From Hemiscyllium ocellatum (lineage: Eukaryota), in contig NC_083403.1 of NCBI RefSeq assembly GCF_020745735.1, positions 71,643,003 to 71,707,002 of the forward strand: a DNA stretch of 64,000 bases, written 5' to 3'. The position numbers and the translations under genes are program-made. This document shows, one piece after another, positions 36,661-48,100 of the stretch; within the stretch, counting starts at the first letter, position 1, and each line of letters starts with the position of its first letter. Under the pieces are notes generated by a model. It worked only from the letters and a program-made list of their open reading frames with translations. It made no database searches and was not told where the DNA came from.

Positions 36661-39600
36661 AAGTTGCTTTTTCTGCCATCAAACCAGTTCTTTGTACAGT
36701 CTAATCAGCTTTTTGTTTGGTCTAACCAGCTCTTTGTGCTGTCTAACCAGATCTTTCTATAGCCACGCTTCCAGTTATTGTCCAGTATTGGATATACTTT
36801 GAGCCATACCATTTAGGGGCAGAGACCAACTTGAATTTCTGGACCAATATGCATAAAAGGCACAGGAAAAGAAGTCATAGGGTCCAGAAAATAAGATGAA
36901 ACCTTTTTTTTTAATCAGGTGGGGTAAATACTACTTAGATTATTCATTAGAATACTTGTACCTCAAACTTGAGGTGCTCTCTTTTATGTGAATGTGACAA
37001 AATATTATTTTACTTTGCTTTGTTTTTACTGTATAAATGTTACTTTTAAAAATGTTGCAGCTTGCTGTATTTTCCAAAGAATTTTATTAACCCACTATGT
37101 CCTCTGAGATGGTTATCCTTGGTCACTGCAACTTAATCAGAATTGTGACGCAGACCCTTTCATGCACATACAGGAGGTTCCTGTCACACATCCAATGAAG
37201 TTATTGAGGCATACGGAAATATCTGTCATTAATTGGGATTATAGCATTCCTGAACCCAACTGCTCTCCTGCTTCCCACCAAGATTCAGTTCCAGCTAGGA
37301 AGTCCAAGGTCAAAGTTCACACCCCATCATGAGCTGAGGTCATTAATTGGCCACTTAATGACCAGCAGATTTCTCATCATTGTCATTAACCTGAACATAG
37401 CAACTGAAACTGTGGGTCTAGCTTGGTACTGCCAGTATTTGGAGGGCATCAATTGATCAAAGGTACTCAGTGCTTGATCAAGGAACTGGCAATCAGAAAT
37501 GGGTTGCACATGGGCTGCTTCCAGCCACTGACTTTCCCTCGCTGTTAACCATCTTGCTCCTCTCTCCTCATGATCGTTTGCCTCCTTTGTAGCACTGCTA
37601 ACCCCAAGAGCTGTTGACTCTGACTTACCAGCGGTATTTGATAGGTGAGACCTTTGCTGGTGGGGCCTTGATTCCAGGGGAAGGGCAACCAGTGACCTCA
37701 CCACTGCCTGATTTGCTTGTAATTAAGTGGGTTTTATTGAAAACAACAGTGAAGGTCTATCACAGGATATCTGATTCCTCAACAGCAGCACAGCTGCAGA
37801 GCTGCAAGGAAAGTTTATACCATTATCTCTGAAGACAGTGACTAAAACATAAACATGACTAGATTCACCCACATTTTGTTTTGAGTAACTAGCTTTTATG
37901 ATAGTATCGCCCCCTGTTTTCAGAGACTAATTAGATCAACACTTAAAATTGGCTGTATAGTACCTTATTCAACTGGAATGTTGTGGTTAGGCATTTGAGG
38001 AGATGATTTAAACTTGGCATTGTCAATGAGCCAGCAGATGCTTGACTGCAATAGTAACACATGCAACACCCTGGCAATGTATCTTCTATTCTACAAAATT
38101 CAACCATTAGAATGTCAGTAGGTTATCAATAAATCTTCCAGCATTGCCCTTGTGTGAATTATTTATCTTCTAATTACAATAGAGTCAAATTCTTATAAAT
38201 GGTTATGAATACTATATAAAGAATTGAGTGTGAACAAAATGATTTTATTGGTAGATGCTGTTTTCTTCAATTTAACTCAGCAGCAAGAATTAATTCCTAA
38301 CCCATTACATTTCCTGTCTGCATTTTTGGTGCCATTGACATTTTCACTGTCTGACTCTATCATGGTTGTGTTGTCCTGACTATTGAGGGCAATAGTGTAG
38401 AGAGTAAAATATATATCAAGTATTCTGAAAATCCTTTGGCAGGTAACTGTTTTGTAAGGCTGTTTTCAATCAGTACAGATGGTCACAGTTAGATAAATTT
38501 CATTTAAAAATGCTTTCTTGTGTCAGACTCAGGACAGCAACATGACTGCACACAATGAAGCAGACTTTCTGCTGATGCAACAGTTGTTATCCTAGTATCA
38601 TTAGGAGTTGCATATGGGGATCCTGTTGAATCCTCATCATAGCACACTCTGAGGCAATTGCACAGGAAATTAAAATTTCTGCTGGGATGCCTCTGAAATT
38701 CTCGATTTAAATTGGAGACTTCAGATGGTTATGATGAAATTAAGTAGTTACTCAGGAAATATTAGATAACACTTACACCTCCCCCAGATCCCTTAATCCT
38801 TCCTGGGATCTGACAGCCATGCCATCCCACTAGACCCTGATCTGACCTCTCTGGGAGCTAACCACACCACCAGAGTTGACCTAACTCAATACAACAGCCA
38901 GCCCACCCCTCTGCGTGAGATTGCCACTCACCAGGAAACCTGGCCCATTGACTCTTTGGGTGTTAGGTGAATCCAACAGGCCTATCAATCCATGTTGCAT
39001 TGAAACATTGTATGGATTCTTAGATTTTACAGAAAGATGTAGCATTAAACATTCAGACCAAGCCAAGTTTTTCTGTTGAATATATTTGTCATTCATTCAA
39101 AATAAAATTGGAAAATAAAGAGCCGGACTGATATGCAATAGTTCTCTGAACAAGGTAACCTCAGATAATCTTACAGGAGAACAAAAATTGAGTCGAGATT
39201 TTGGAAAGATTAAGGGGAAAGAAGTTAATGATATTTTTTCGAGTAAGTTATTTAAAATGGAAATGATAATGTCCATAATACATCTCTCCTTCACTTTGCA
39301 TTTGTAATATGTACCTAAAAATGGTACGTTCAACGAAATTGGGCTAAGCAGAAATAACTTCACTGGGAGAAATCAACTAATGAGGATGATGTGTGTAAAT
39401 ATTATAGGTCGGGGCATTAAAAAAATGAAAAAGCCAAAATATCCAAAATTCTTCTCATTTCTCTTGTTAACTTTGTATTTACCTTCTTCAGCCCCACACC
39501 CCACCCTTCCTTGCTCGCTGCCCCTTTCACTCTCTCCAGTTTAGTTACAGCCCTTTTTAACAGTCCCTTCTCCTGATCTCCCACTCTCTCCATCAGCTTT

Positions 39601-40969
39601 CCCCTTTTGACCCTCCCATTTACTGAGAACTGGGAGAGAGATGACTAGCAGGGAGCAGGGAAGAAGTCAGTCAGTGATAGGATTAGGAGGGGTTGGTGAG
39701 TGTCGCAGCTGAATGAAATTGCAGACCACAGCACAACTTCTGACACACCAGGTGAAGTGCAGGCCCAAATGACAGACAAGTCTATATTTTATGAACACAT
39801 ACAGTTATACAGTCATACAAGGTGTTGTTCATGAATGTTGTGGCTTTGTATGTACAGGATCTAAATAACCTTACAGATGTCAAAAAGAACCCCAGACCTT
39901 TAGGAATGCTGCAGTTGTTGAAGTTGTGAAAGATTATGATGTCCTTTCTTTCTGTTGCTAATTTGCTTGTTCTGCTGAATTAAGTACCTATGATTAACTT
40001 GATGGTATCTGTGTGCTAGGAATTGACTGATAACCCTTGTAATACCTCTGAAGAAAGAACAAATGGATACATTTCCAGTTCTGTGTTCACAGCCAGTGAC
40101 AAAAATGTCTGCAAATCAATTTCCAGTTTATTGTACGATTTAGTCACTGCTCAATTACTGCCTGCTTAGCAGACCAAAGTTTGCAAAGACACTTGTACTT
40201 ATGTCTATATGTATGGCTATAGAAGTAATGTATAATTGATTTATTTTTGGCATAACTGGGCTGGTTTCATGTTCTTCCTTCCAATCACTTCTTCCACCTC
40301 CATAAAATTCAAAAACAGTGCAAGGTCACCAACTTATTTGGAACTTGATTCCTCTCCCATTATAAATCTGGTGGGAATTATCAGAAATCCAAGCATGGAT
40401 CTCCATAGATTGTAGGAACTCAGTGGTTTCAATGGAGGGCCTCTCCACCTCAAGGTAAATATCAGCCAGGTTGTAGAGGTGGACAAAAACATGGTGAAAA
40501 TCTCTAAGTGGGGAGTTTCAGAGAGTCAGGCATAACATAAACTTGGTAAAAATGAGAATAATGGCACACTAGACAAGACAAGGTACACTGGTCTTTATGG
40601 GGAGGCTTATGTTGTCACAAACAAAGAGGAGGAGGTGAATTCCCAATAAAAAAGCAGTTTGAGAAAAATTATCTTACTTGGTTTGGTGTTGGAAATATAG
40701 TTATAGTCAGGGAACACCCTAAGTAACTCTTTCCATACAGATACATGAACTTTAAAAAATCCAATAGCTTTAGTCTGTTAGGATGTGTGCTAATTGTAAA
40801 TATCCTCGTCCATCCCATGCAATTTAGGCACTTTTAGAATGACCAAATAAATTTTGCTACCTTTCTGCATGAAGGTGCTGGTGAGCATGATGCTGTGAAA
40901 CATTTAGGCTTGTTTCATGACTAAATTTTGACAAAAATGAATCCAATACTTATTTTAAGCAATAGACCA

Positions 40970-41072
40970 GTTCTGAGAAAGAGTGATTCGACCTGAAACA
41001 TTAACTCTACTTTCTCTCCACAGATTTTGCCAGACCTGCTGAACTTTTCCAGCAATTTCTACTTTGGTCACA
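40970..41072 (+). mobile_element. Old solo PLE pLTR with degenerate hammerhead
   Basis: GTT-CTGAGA-AAGAGTGATTCGACCT-GAAACATT-AAC. Flanking duplication TATTTTAAGCAAT(T)AGACCA at 40951-40969 and 41073-41092. Confidence 0.75.
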
Positions 41073-41495
41073 TATTTTAAGCAATTAGACCAAAGCAGTG
41101 AAGAACCCGGTAAAACAGCTTTAAGTACTTCAAAGCATGAAACATTGGTACTTTTTATTGAATTTTTTATATAGTGAGATAAATAGAATAAGATATATTC
41201 CGTAAGTCATTCTGGGAATCTTGAGTTCAGTTACTGCAATTTACAAATTTAATTAAGCTTCCCACACATTTTGTACAAGGACATTTTGAGCCAGCCAGGG
41301 CATGGATCTGGCAAATGACATCCTTGACAGATGACTTGGCCTTGCACACATGCACACTGGAAAATCTGATCTGTACTGACACACATTATAAAATAACTAA
41401 ATAATCACTCCAGTTGTACTGGAGAAAACAGAAATTAATTTTAATATTTCCTAATGGTAGGCATAGGAAGCTAATAAAATTGGTGTATGTCTTAC

Positions 41496-41606
41496 CTGTT
41501 TTGTTAAGATATTTATTCTGACAGTGAATATCAATAATTGGAATAACATAACATTTCAGAAGCACAGCAGAGTCAATCTGTGACTCCATGAATAAAGCAT
41601 TGACAA
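41496..41606 (-). other. Candidate 111-nt internal exon of an unknown gene
   Basis: tttttacAG acceptor and GTAAG donor. One open frame, phase 1-1 (VNALFMESQIDSAVLLKCYVIPIIDIHCQNKYLNKT). No recognisable homology. Confidence 0.2.
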
Positions 41607-41879
41607 CTGTAAAAATTGTTAAGTATCATTTCCATTGAGATGTACAATGTGTTCATATTAAAGGCAATAAAACTAGAAACTATTAGCACTACTTCAATTC
41701 ATAGTTGAGGCATTAAAGTGGCAAATGGTCAATGATACCATGATTATCTTCAAACCTTAAATGTCACACCGTAGAGGCAAAAACCACCTAAATATGTTGC
41801 ATAGACAGCAGGCATGAGCTGGACAATGTGATTTGGCGCTCAGAGATTTAGAGTAAATTTAGTTTCTTATATTGCAATG

Positions 41880-42220
41880 TTCTTCAGTTAAAACAACCTT
41901 GAATGATGCTTTTACAGCACTTTCCAAAGCCACACCCTGTACCACCTCGAAGGGCAAGGCTGATAGATTGGATCACCACCAACTGCAAGCTCTCCTTCAA
42001 GTCACACACCGTCCTACCTTGGACTATTTTCCTGTTCTTTTTCTATGGCTGTGTCAAAATCCCAGAACTCCTTTCGGATCAGTTCTATGAGTGTACCTCA
42101 TCCACACAGACTACAGCAATTCAAGGAGGTGGCTCACTGTAAACTTTTCAAGGGCAATTAAGGATGAGCTATAAATGTTGTTCTAGTCAGCAACACCTAC
42201 ATCCCATGAGCAAATAAATT
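41880..42220 (+). mobile_element. 3' end of second LINE family
   Basis: Ends GGGCAATTAAGGATGAGCTATAAATGTTG..CTACATCCCATGAGCAAATAAA, shared with the SacSINE1-like tail. Confidence 0.7.
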
Positions 42221-43259
42221 AATTTGCTTATGTCTACTTACTAGCTTGATCAAACAAACCTAGACTCAAACTCAGACTGGTTCGTAAACAGATCTGTTTT
42301 ATAATACATGGCCTGAAGCTTATTGTAGTATGAGGCACTGTCTTGACTCCAAACTCTGAACTGTATTTAGCACAATTTCCACTCTTCTTTTTCAAGCCTC
42401 ATCTTCAGCTTGCTGGTGACAGAACAATGAGGCTGGGCTGTTCTGGTGCAAGGATTTTTATTGAGTTCACTTTGTGATTGCCATGAATTTGGATCAAAGT
42501 TATAGTATAAGTTTTAAATCTTTTCCAAGGTTTGATCCAATGCAGTTTTTTTTAGTTATTCCTATAAAGAATTGTGTGTGAGCCTACTTTCATGTGTGTT
42601 TGTTAATGAGATGGTTGCTTGCTGCTGAGAACAGCATGTTAGTGTTGGCCAACATGCTCCTTTTAGCACAATTAATGCCAGACTGTATTTTCCATGTAGC
42701 CTTCATTACAACTTTTAAAGGGTCGCTCTATATTGGTTGAAATGTTAATTAAATAATCATCAGAGAATCTAAGTGAAATACTTCAGGCTGCCTTTTTCTA
42801 CATTTCTGAAGTGTTAAACCTTAATAACTGGAATATAGTTTTACATTGTTAATGTTGTTCAGTATCGTACAGCAGCACTTTTCATTGAGTAATAGGCTTT
42901 TGGCTGAACAGACAAAAGGAAGAAACAAACGAATTATTAATCAAAAGATAGTGAAGTGAAAAAAAAATTACAAGAACTAGTAAACAAAATAAGAAAAAAA
43001 ACGTACCTGCCAAATTTTTTATCTCCCTTTACTTCTTATAAGATATTGACCTGAAGATGAATGCAGCATTTAAAGGTTCATATTTTTAAAGTGCAGGAAA
43101 AGCATAGAAGGAGGTAATGAAGGCTGACATGAGTTGCTAAGGAAATAAATCCGAGACTGTGTGATTAAATAATATTAAATAACTGCGCAACTATGTGGAG
43201 AATTAAAGCAAAGGCATTCCCGAGTGAAAGTTACAACATGATTTAGTTTGAAGCAAATT

Positions 43260-44100
43260 AAACATAGAACAGTACAGGACAAGAACAGACTCTTCGGTCC
43301 ACCATGTTTGCACCGAAGATGATGCCATTCTAAACTGATGCCATCTGCCCTCACATGGCCTGTATTCCTCTTTCCCTGCCTGTTCATGTGTCTGCTTAAT
43401 TGCCTCTTAAATGTTGCTATCATATCTGTTTCTACTAACACTGCTGGCAGCAGGCACCTGCTACTCTCCATGTGAAAAACTTGCTTTGCACATCTCCTTT
43501 AAATTTCCCCCCCCCACCATCTTAAATCCATGCCTCCTAGTCTTGACCTTTCTCCCTTGAGAAAAAGTCTCTAACTATCCATGCCATGTATAATTTGACA
43601 TAATTCTATCAGACCACCCCTCAGCCTGTGGCCCTGTAGCGCAAACAAAATTTGTCCAATCTCTCCAGCAAGCTAATATACTCCAAACCAGGCAACATAC
43701 TGGTAAACGTCTTTTGCATCCTCTCCAAAGCCTTGACATCCTTCCTATAGTTTGGTGACAAGAACTGTATACAATACTCCAAATTTGGCAAAACAAAAGT
43801 TTTATACAGCTGCAACATGACTTGACAGCTTTTATACTCAATGCTCTGACCAATGAAGGTAAGCATGTCACATGCCTTCTCTACCACCTTACCCACTCGT
43901 ATTGTTACTTTCAGAGAGCTATGGACTTGCACCCCAAGATCCTTCTGTATATCAATGCTCCTGCCATTTACTTTATACTTTTCTCTTGCATTTGACCTTC
44001 CAAAGTGCACATTTGATGAGATTAAGCTTCATCTGCCATTTCCCTATCCAACTTGCCAACCGATCTATATCCTGTTGTATTTTTTGACTATCTTCCTCAC
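43260..44100 (-). mobile_element. CR1 3' fragment
   Basis: ORF 43621..44010 MHFGRSN..DLGVQVHSSLK..LEYCIQFLSP. Tail at 43260. Confidence 0.92.
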
Positions 44101-44729
44101 CCTTGACTGGGTGAAACTGTTTAATATCCAAGTTTAGAATAAATAAGAAATAACTCTACAACCAAATGAGAAGTGGGTGTATCCTTATAATCTACCAGAC
44201 TGCCTTTCAAGATGTTCTGAAGAACATTATGAAGCAGCTATCAGTTACATTCTAGCTTCTGTAGGTGAATGTATATTTAAGAGACACCCCAGAATGTCAG
44301 TTCAAAGTTAAGGGGCATGCTCATGATGTCATTATTGCATCAGAGAATGTGAAGTAAGCATAGGGATATCTCATACTCCATTTTAACTTGTGAACACTTG
44401 AAAGATTAGCCCAAACACTGATGTGCCTGAAGTTTGTAATGTATGTGAATATTAGTTCGTTGTGATAGATATCTGTTGTATTCTCCAATACTACAATATA
44501 CACAGTCAATTTCTTGCATTATAGGAAATAAAACAAGCATTGCCTTATCAGATAAAGACACCTTGTGTTGGAATTAAACATGTATCACTATGTCTCAAGA
44601 AAGACCACTGAATTCCATTATTATCAGCAGATTATCAACTGGAAAGCTAATCAATTCAAGTGGGAAGTGGGAAGAGTGAAGGAAGACAAACTACTCAACA
44701 TTATAAACAGTAATATGGGCCTTCGTTTT

Positions 44730-45100
44730 CCACGAAGGTGTTTGGTGGATGCCAGTGTCGTAGATGTGCCAGAACGTCTTGGCTAGGATGTGGCACATTC
44801 TGGAGCAGAAGCCATCAGTACTATTGTTGGAATGTTGTCACAGCCCATAATCTATTACATGCAAACACTTTTTGATATCACTTGGAATGAACTGAATTGA
44901 CTGAAGGATGACACCTGTGATGTTGGAGACTGCTGGATGAGGCTGAGGTAGATCATCCACTTTGCCCTTCTGGCTTGAGATTGTTGTGAATGCTTCAGCC
45001 TTGCCTCTATACCAATGTGCTGGGTTAGCCTGTCATATAGGATTGGGATATTTGTGCAGCCTCCTCCTATAATTAGTTGTTTAGTTGTCCACTACCAAGT
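44730..45100 (-). mobile_element. Second LINE family fragment (pre-RT region)
   Basis: Reverse complement gives AEAFTTISSQKGKVDD..VLMASAPECATS*PRRSG, similar to the region upstream of a LINE RT. Confidence 0.55.
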
Positions 45101-45199
45101 ATCTTTACATTAATATTTCTCCTTAGATGTTATCATTAGTAAATTTGCTATTTTAGTTATTTTGGGAAAACACTCTTAAATTGGCTCCTTATTAAAAAT

Positions 45200-48100
45200 G
45201 GGAGAAAGTGAGGACTGCACTTGCTGAATATCAGAGTCAAGAGTGTGGTGCTGGAAAAGCACAGCAGGTCAGGCAGCATCCGAGGAACAGGTGAATTGGC
45301 ATTTTGGGCATAAGGCCTGCATCAGGAGTGAGGCCTGTGGGCCTGGGGACTGACAGATAACTTGGAGTAGGGGGGAAGGTAGCTGAGAATGCAATAGGTA
45401 GCTGAAGGTTGGGGAGAAGGTAATAGGTCAGAGTGAAAGGTGGAGTAGAGAGATGGAAAAGATGATGAACAGGTCAAGAGGGTGGAGCCGAGTTGGAGGC
45501 TTGGGACTGGGATAATGTGGGGAGAGGGGTAAATGAGGAAACTGCTGAAATCCACATTGATCCCAGGTGGTTGCAGGGTCCCAAGATGGAAGATGAGATG
45601 TTCTTCTTCCAGGTGTCAGTTCGTTAGGATTTGGCAACGGAGGAGGCCCAAGACCTGCATGTCCTTGGTGGAGTGGGAGGGGGATTTAAAGCGTTCAGCC
45701 ATGTGGCAGTGGGATTGGTTGGTGCAGGTGTCCCAGAGATGCTCTCTGAAACAATATGCAAGAAAGCGTCCTGTTTCCCTGATGTACTGGAGACCACATC
45801 GGATGCAACAGATACAGCAGATGACATTGGTGGAGATACAGGTAAATTTAAGTTGGTTGTAGAAGGATCCTTTGGGGAATTGGTCAGAGGTGAGGAGGGA
45901 GGTGTGGCCACAGCTTTTGCACTTCCTGTGGTGGCAGGGGAAGGTGCCAGGAGTGAGGTGTGGGCTAGTGGAGGGCAAGGATCTGACAAGGGAGCCACAG
46001 AGAGAATGGTCTCTCCGGAATGTTGATGGGGTGGGGAGGGAAATATGTCCCTCGTGGTGGGAGTCTGTTTGTAGCTGATGGAAGTGGTGGACGATGATGC
46101 AATGTATATAGAGATTGGTGGTGTGGAAGATGAGGACCAGGGGGTTCTGTCCTTGTTGTGGTTGGCGGGGTGAGGTTCGAGGACGGAGGTGTGAGAAGTG
46201 GAGGAGATGCAGCGGAGGGCATGATCGACCACATGGTAGGGGAAATTGTGATCTTTGAAGAAGGAGGCCATCTGGGGTTTTCTAATTGGCCATCCTGGGA
46301 ACAGATCTGGTGGAAACAGAGGAATTAGGAATAAGGGATGAAGTATTTACAGGAGGCAGGTTGGGAGGAGGTGCAGTCTAGTTAGCTGTGGGAGTTCATG
46401 GGTGTGTAGTAGATGCCCGTGGTTAGTTGGTCACTGGAGATGAGGATGGTGAGATCCAGGAAGTGGAGGGAGGTGTCCAAGATGGTCCCGGTGAATTTGA
46501 GGTTGGGGCAAAAGGTGTTAGTGAAGTTGACGAACTGTTCAACCTCCTCGTGGGAACACGAGGTGGTGCCAATACAGTCATCGGTGTAGTGAAGGAAAAG
46601 GTCAACGATGATGCCGGTGTAGCTGCGGAAGATGGACTGTTCCATGTACCCGAAAAAGAGGCAGGCATAGCTGGGCCCCATGCAAGTGCCCATGCCTACC
46701 CTTTTGGTTTGGAGGAAGTGGGAGAATTGGAAGAAGAATTTGTTGAGGGTGAGGACCAGTTCAGCAAGATGGAGGAGTGTGTCAGTGGAAGGGTACTTGT
46801 TGGGATGGTGTGAGAGGAAGAAACAGAGGGCTTTGAGACCTTCAGCATAGTGGATAGATGTGTACAGGGACTGGATGTCCATAGTGAAGGTAAGGTGTTG
46901 AGGCCTGGGGAAGTGAAAGTCTTGGAGGAGGTGACGGGCGTGGATGGTGTCCCAAACATAAGTGGGATGTTCCTGGACTAAGGGGAAGAGGACGGTGTCA
47001 AGGTATCAGTTCAGTGGGACAGGTGCAGGCTGAGACAATGGGTTGATTGGGGCGGTCAGGTTTGTGAATCTTTGGTAGGAGGTAGAATCTGGTGGTGTGG
47101 GGTTCACAGATGATGAGTTTGGAGGCTGCAGATGGGAGATCCCCAGAAGTGATGAGGTTGTGGATGGTCTGGGTGATGATTGCTTGGTAATGGGAGGTGA
47201 CATTGTGGGCAAGGGAACAGTAGGAGGAGGTTTCTGTGAGTTGGTGCCTGGCTTCAGTGGTGTAGAGGTTGATGTGCCAAACCACCACTGTGCCCCCCTT
47301 GTCTGCAGGATTGACAGCGAGGTTGGGGTTGGAGCAGAGGGAGTGAAGAGCTGCACGGTGTGAGGGCAGGTGGTTGGAGTGGGTGAGGGGCATGGGCAGG
47401 TTCAGTCAGTCAATGTCATGGCAGCAGTTAGAAATAAAAAGGTTGCGGGGAATGTGTAACAGGATAGCATGGGGTGTCTGGGTGGATGGGGCATGTAGGA
47501 GGCAAGAGAAGAGGTCCTCAATGGTTGGGCAGGAGACTTGATTGAAAAAGTGGGCCCAGAGGTGGAGGTAGCTGAAGGTCGCAACGCGTGTTGAACTTAT
47601 TAATCCAGGAGCATAGAGGGATGAAGGTGAGGCCTTTGCAAGAACTGAGTGTTCATCCTCAGTGAGGGTGAGATCTGAGGGAATAGTAAAAACACGGCAG
47701 AGTTGGGAGCTAGGACCTGCGGTGGGGCTGGAGCTGGGTGTTAAGGCAGAGACAGTCACTTGAGTGGGCGCTATTATAAGGTTGGGAGTGACATCACCAA
47801 TGGAAGTGGCACTCACCATGGGGGTGAAGGTGGGCCTACAGCGGTGCCTGTGGGGGGCAAGCGGGATACAGCGGTGCCCATGGGTGTAAAAGTGGGGTCT
47901 ATAGTAGTGCCCATGGGGCTGAAGGTGGTACCTACACCAGTGCCCATGTGGGTAAAAGTGGGGCCTACAGCTGTGCCCATGGGTGTAAAAGTGGGGTCTA
48001 TAGTAGTGCCCATGGGGCTAAAGGTGGTACCTACACCAGTGCCCATGTGGGTAAAAGTGGGGCCTACAGCTGTGCCCATGGGTGTGGAAGTGGGGCCTAC

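Noticed and set aside
43007-43050. AG/GT-bounded 44-nt exon-like segment on (-)
   Set aside because: Stop codons in all three frames and no other support.
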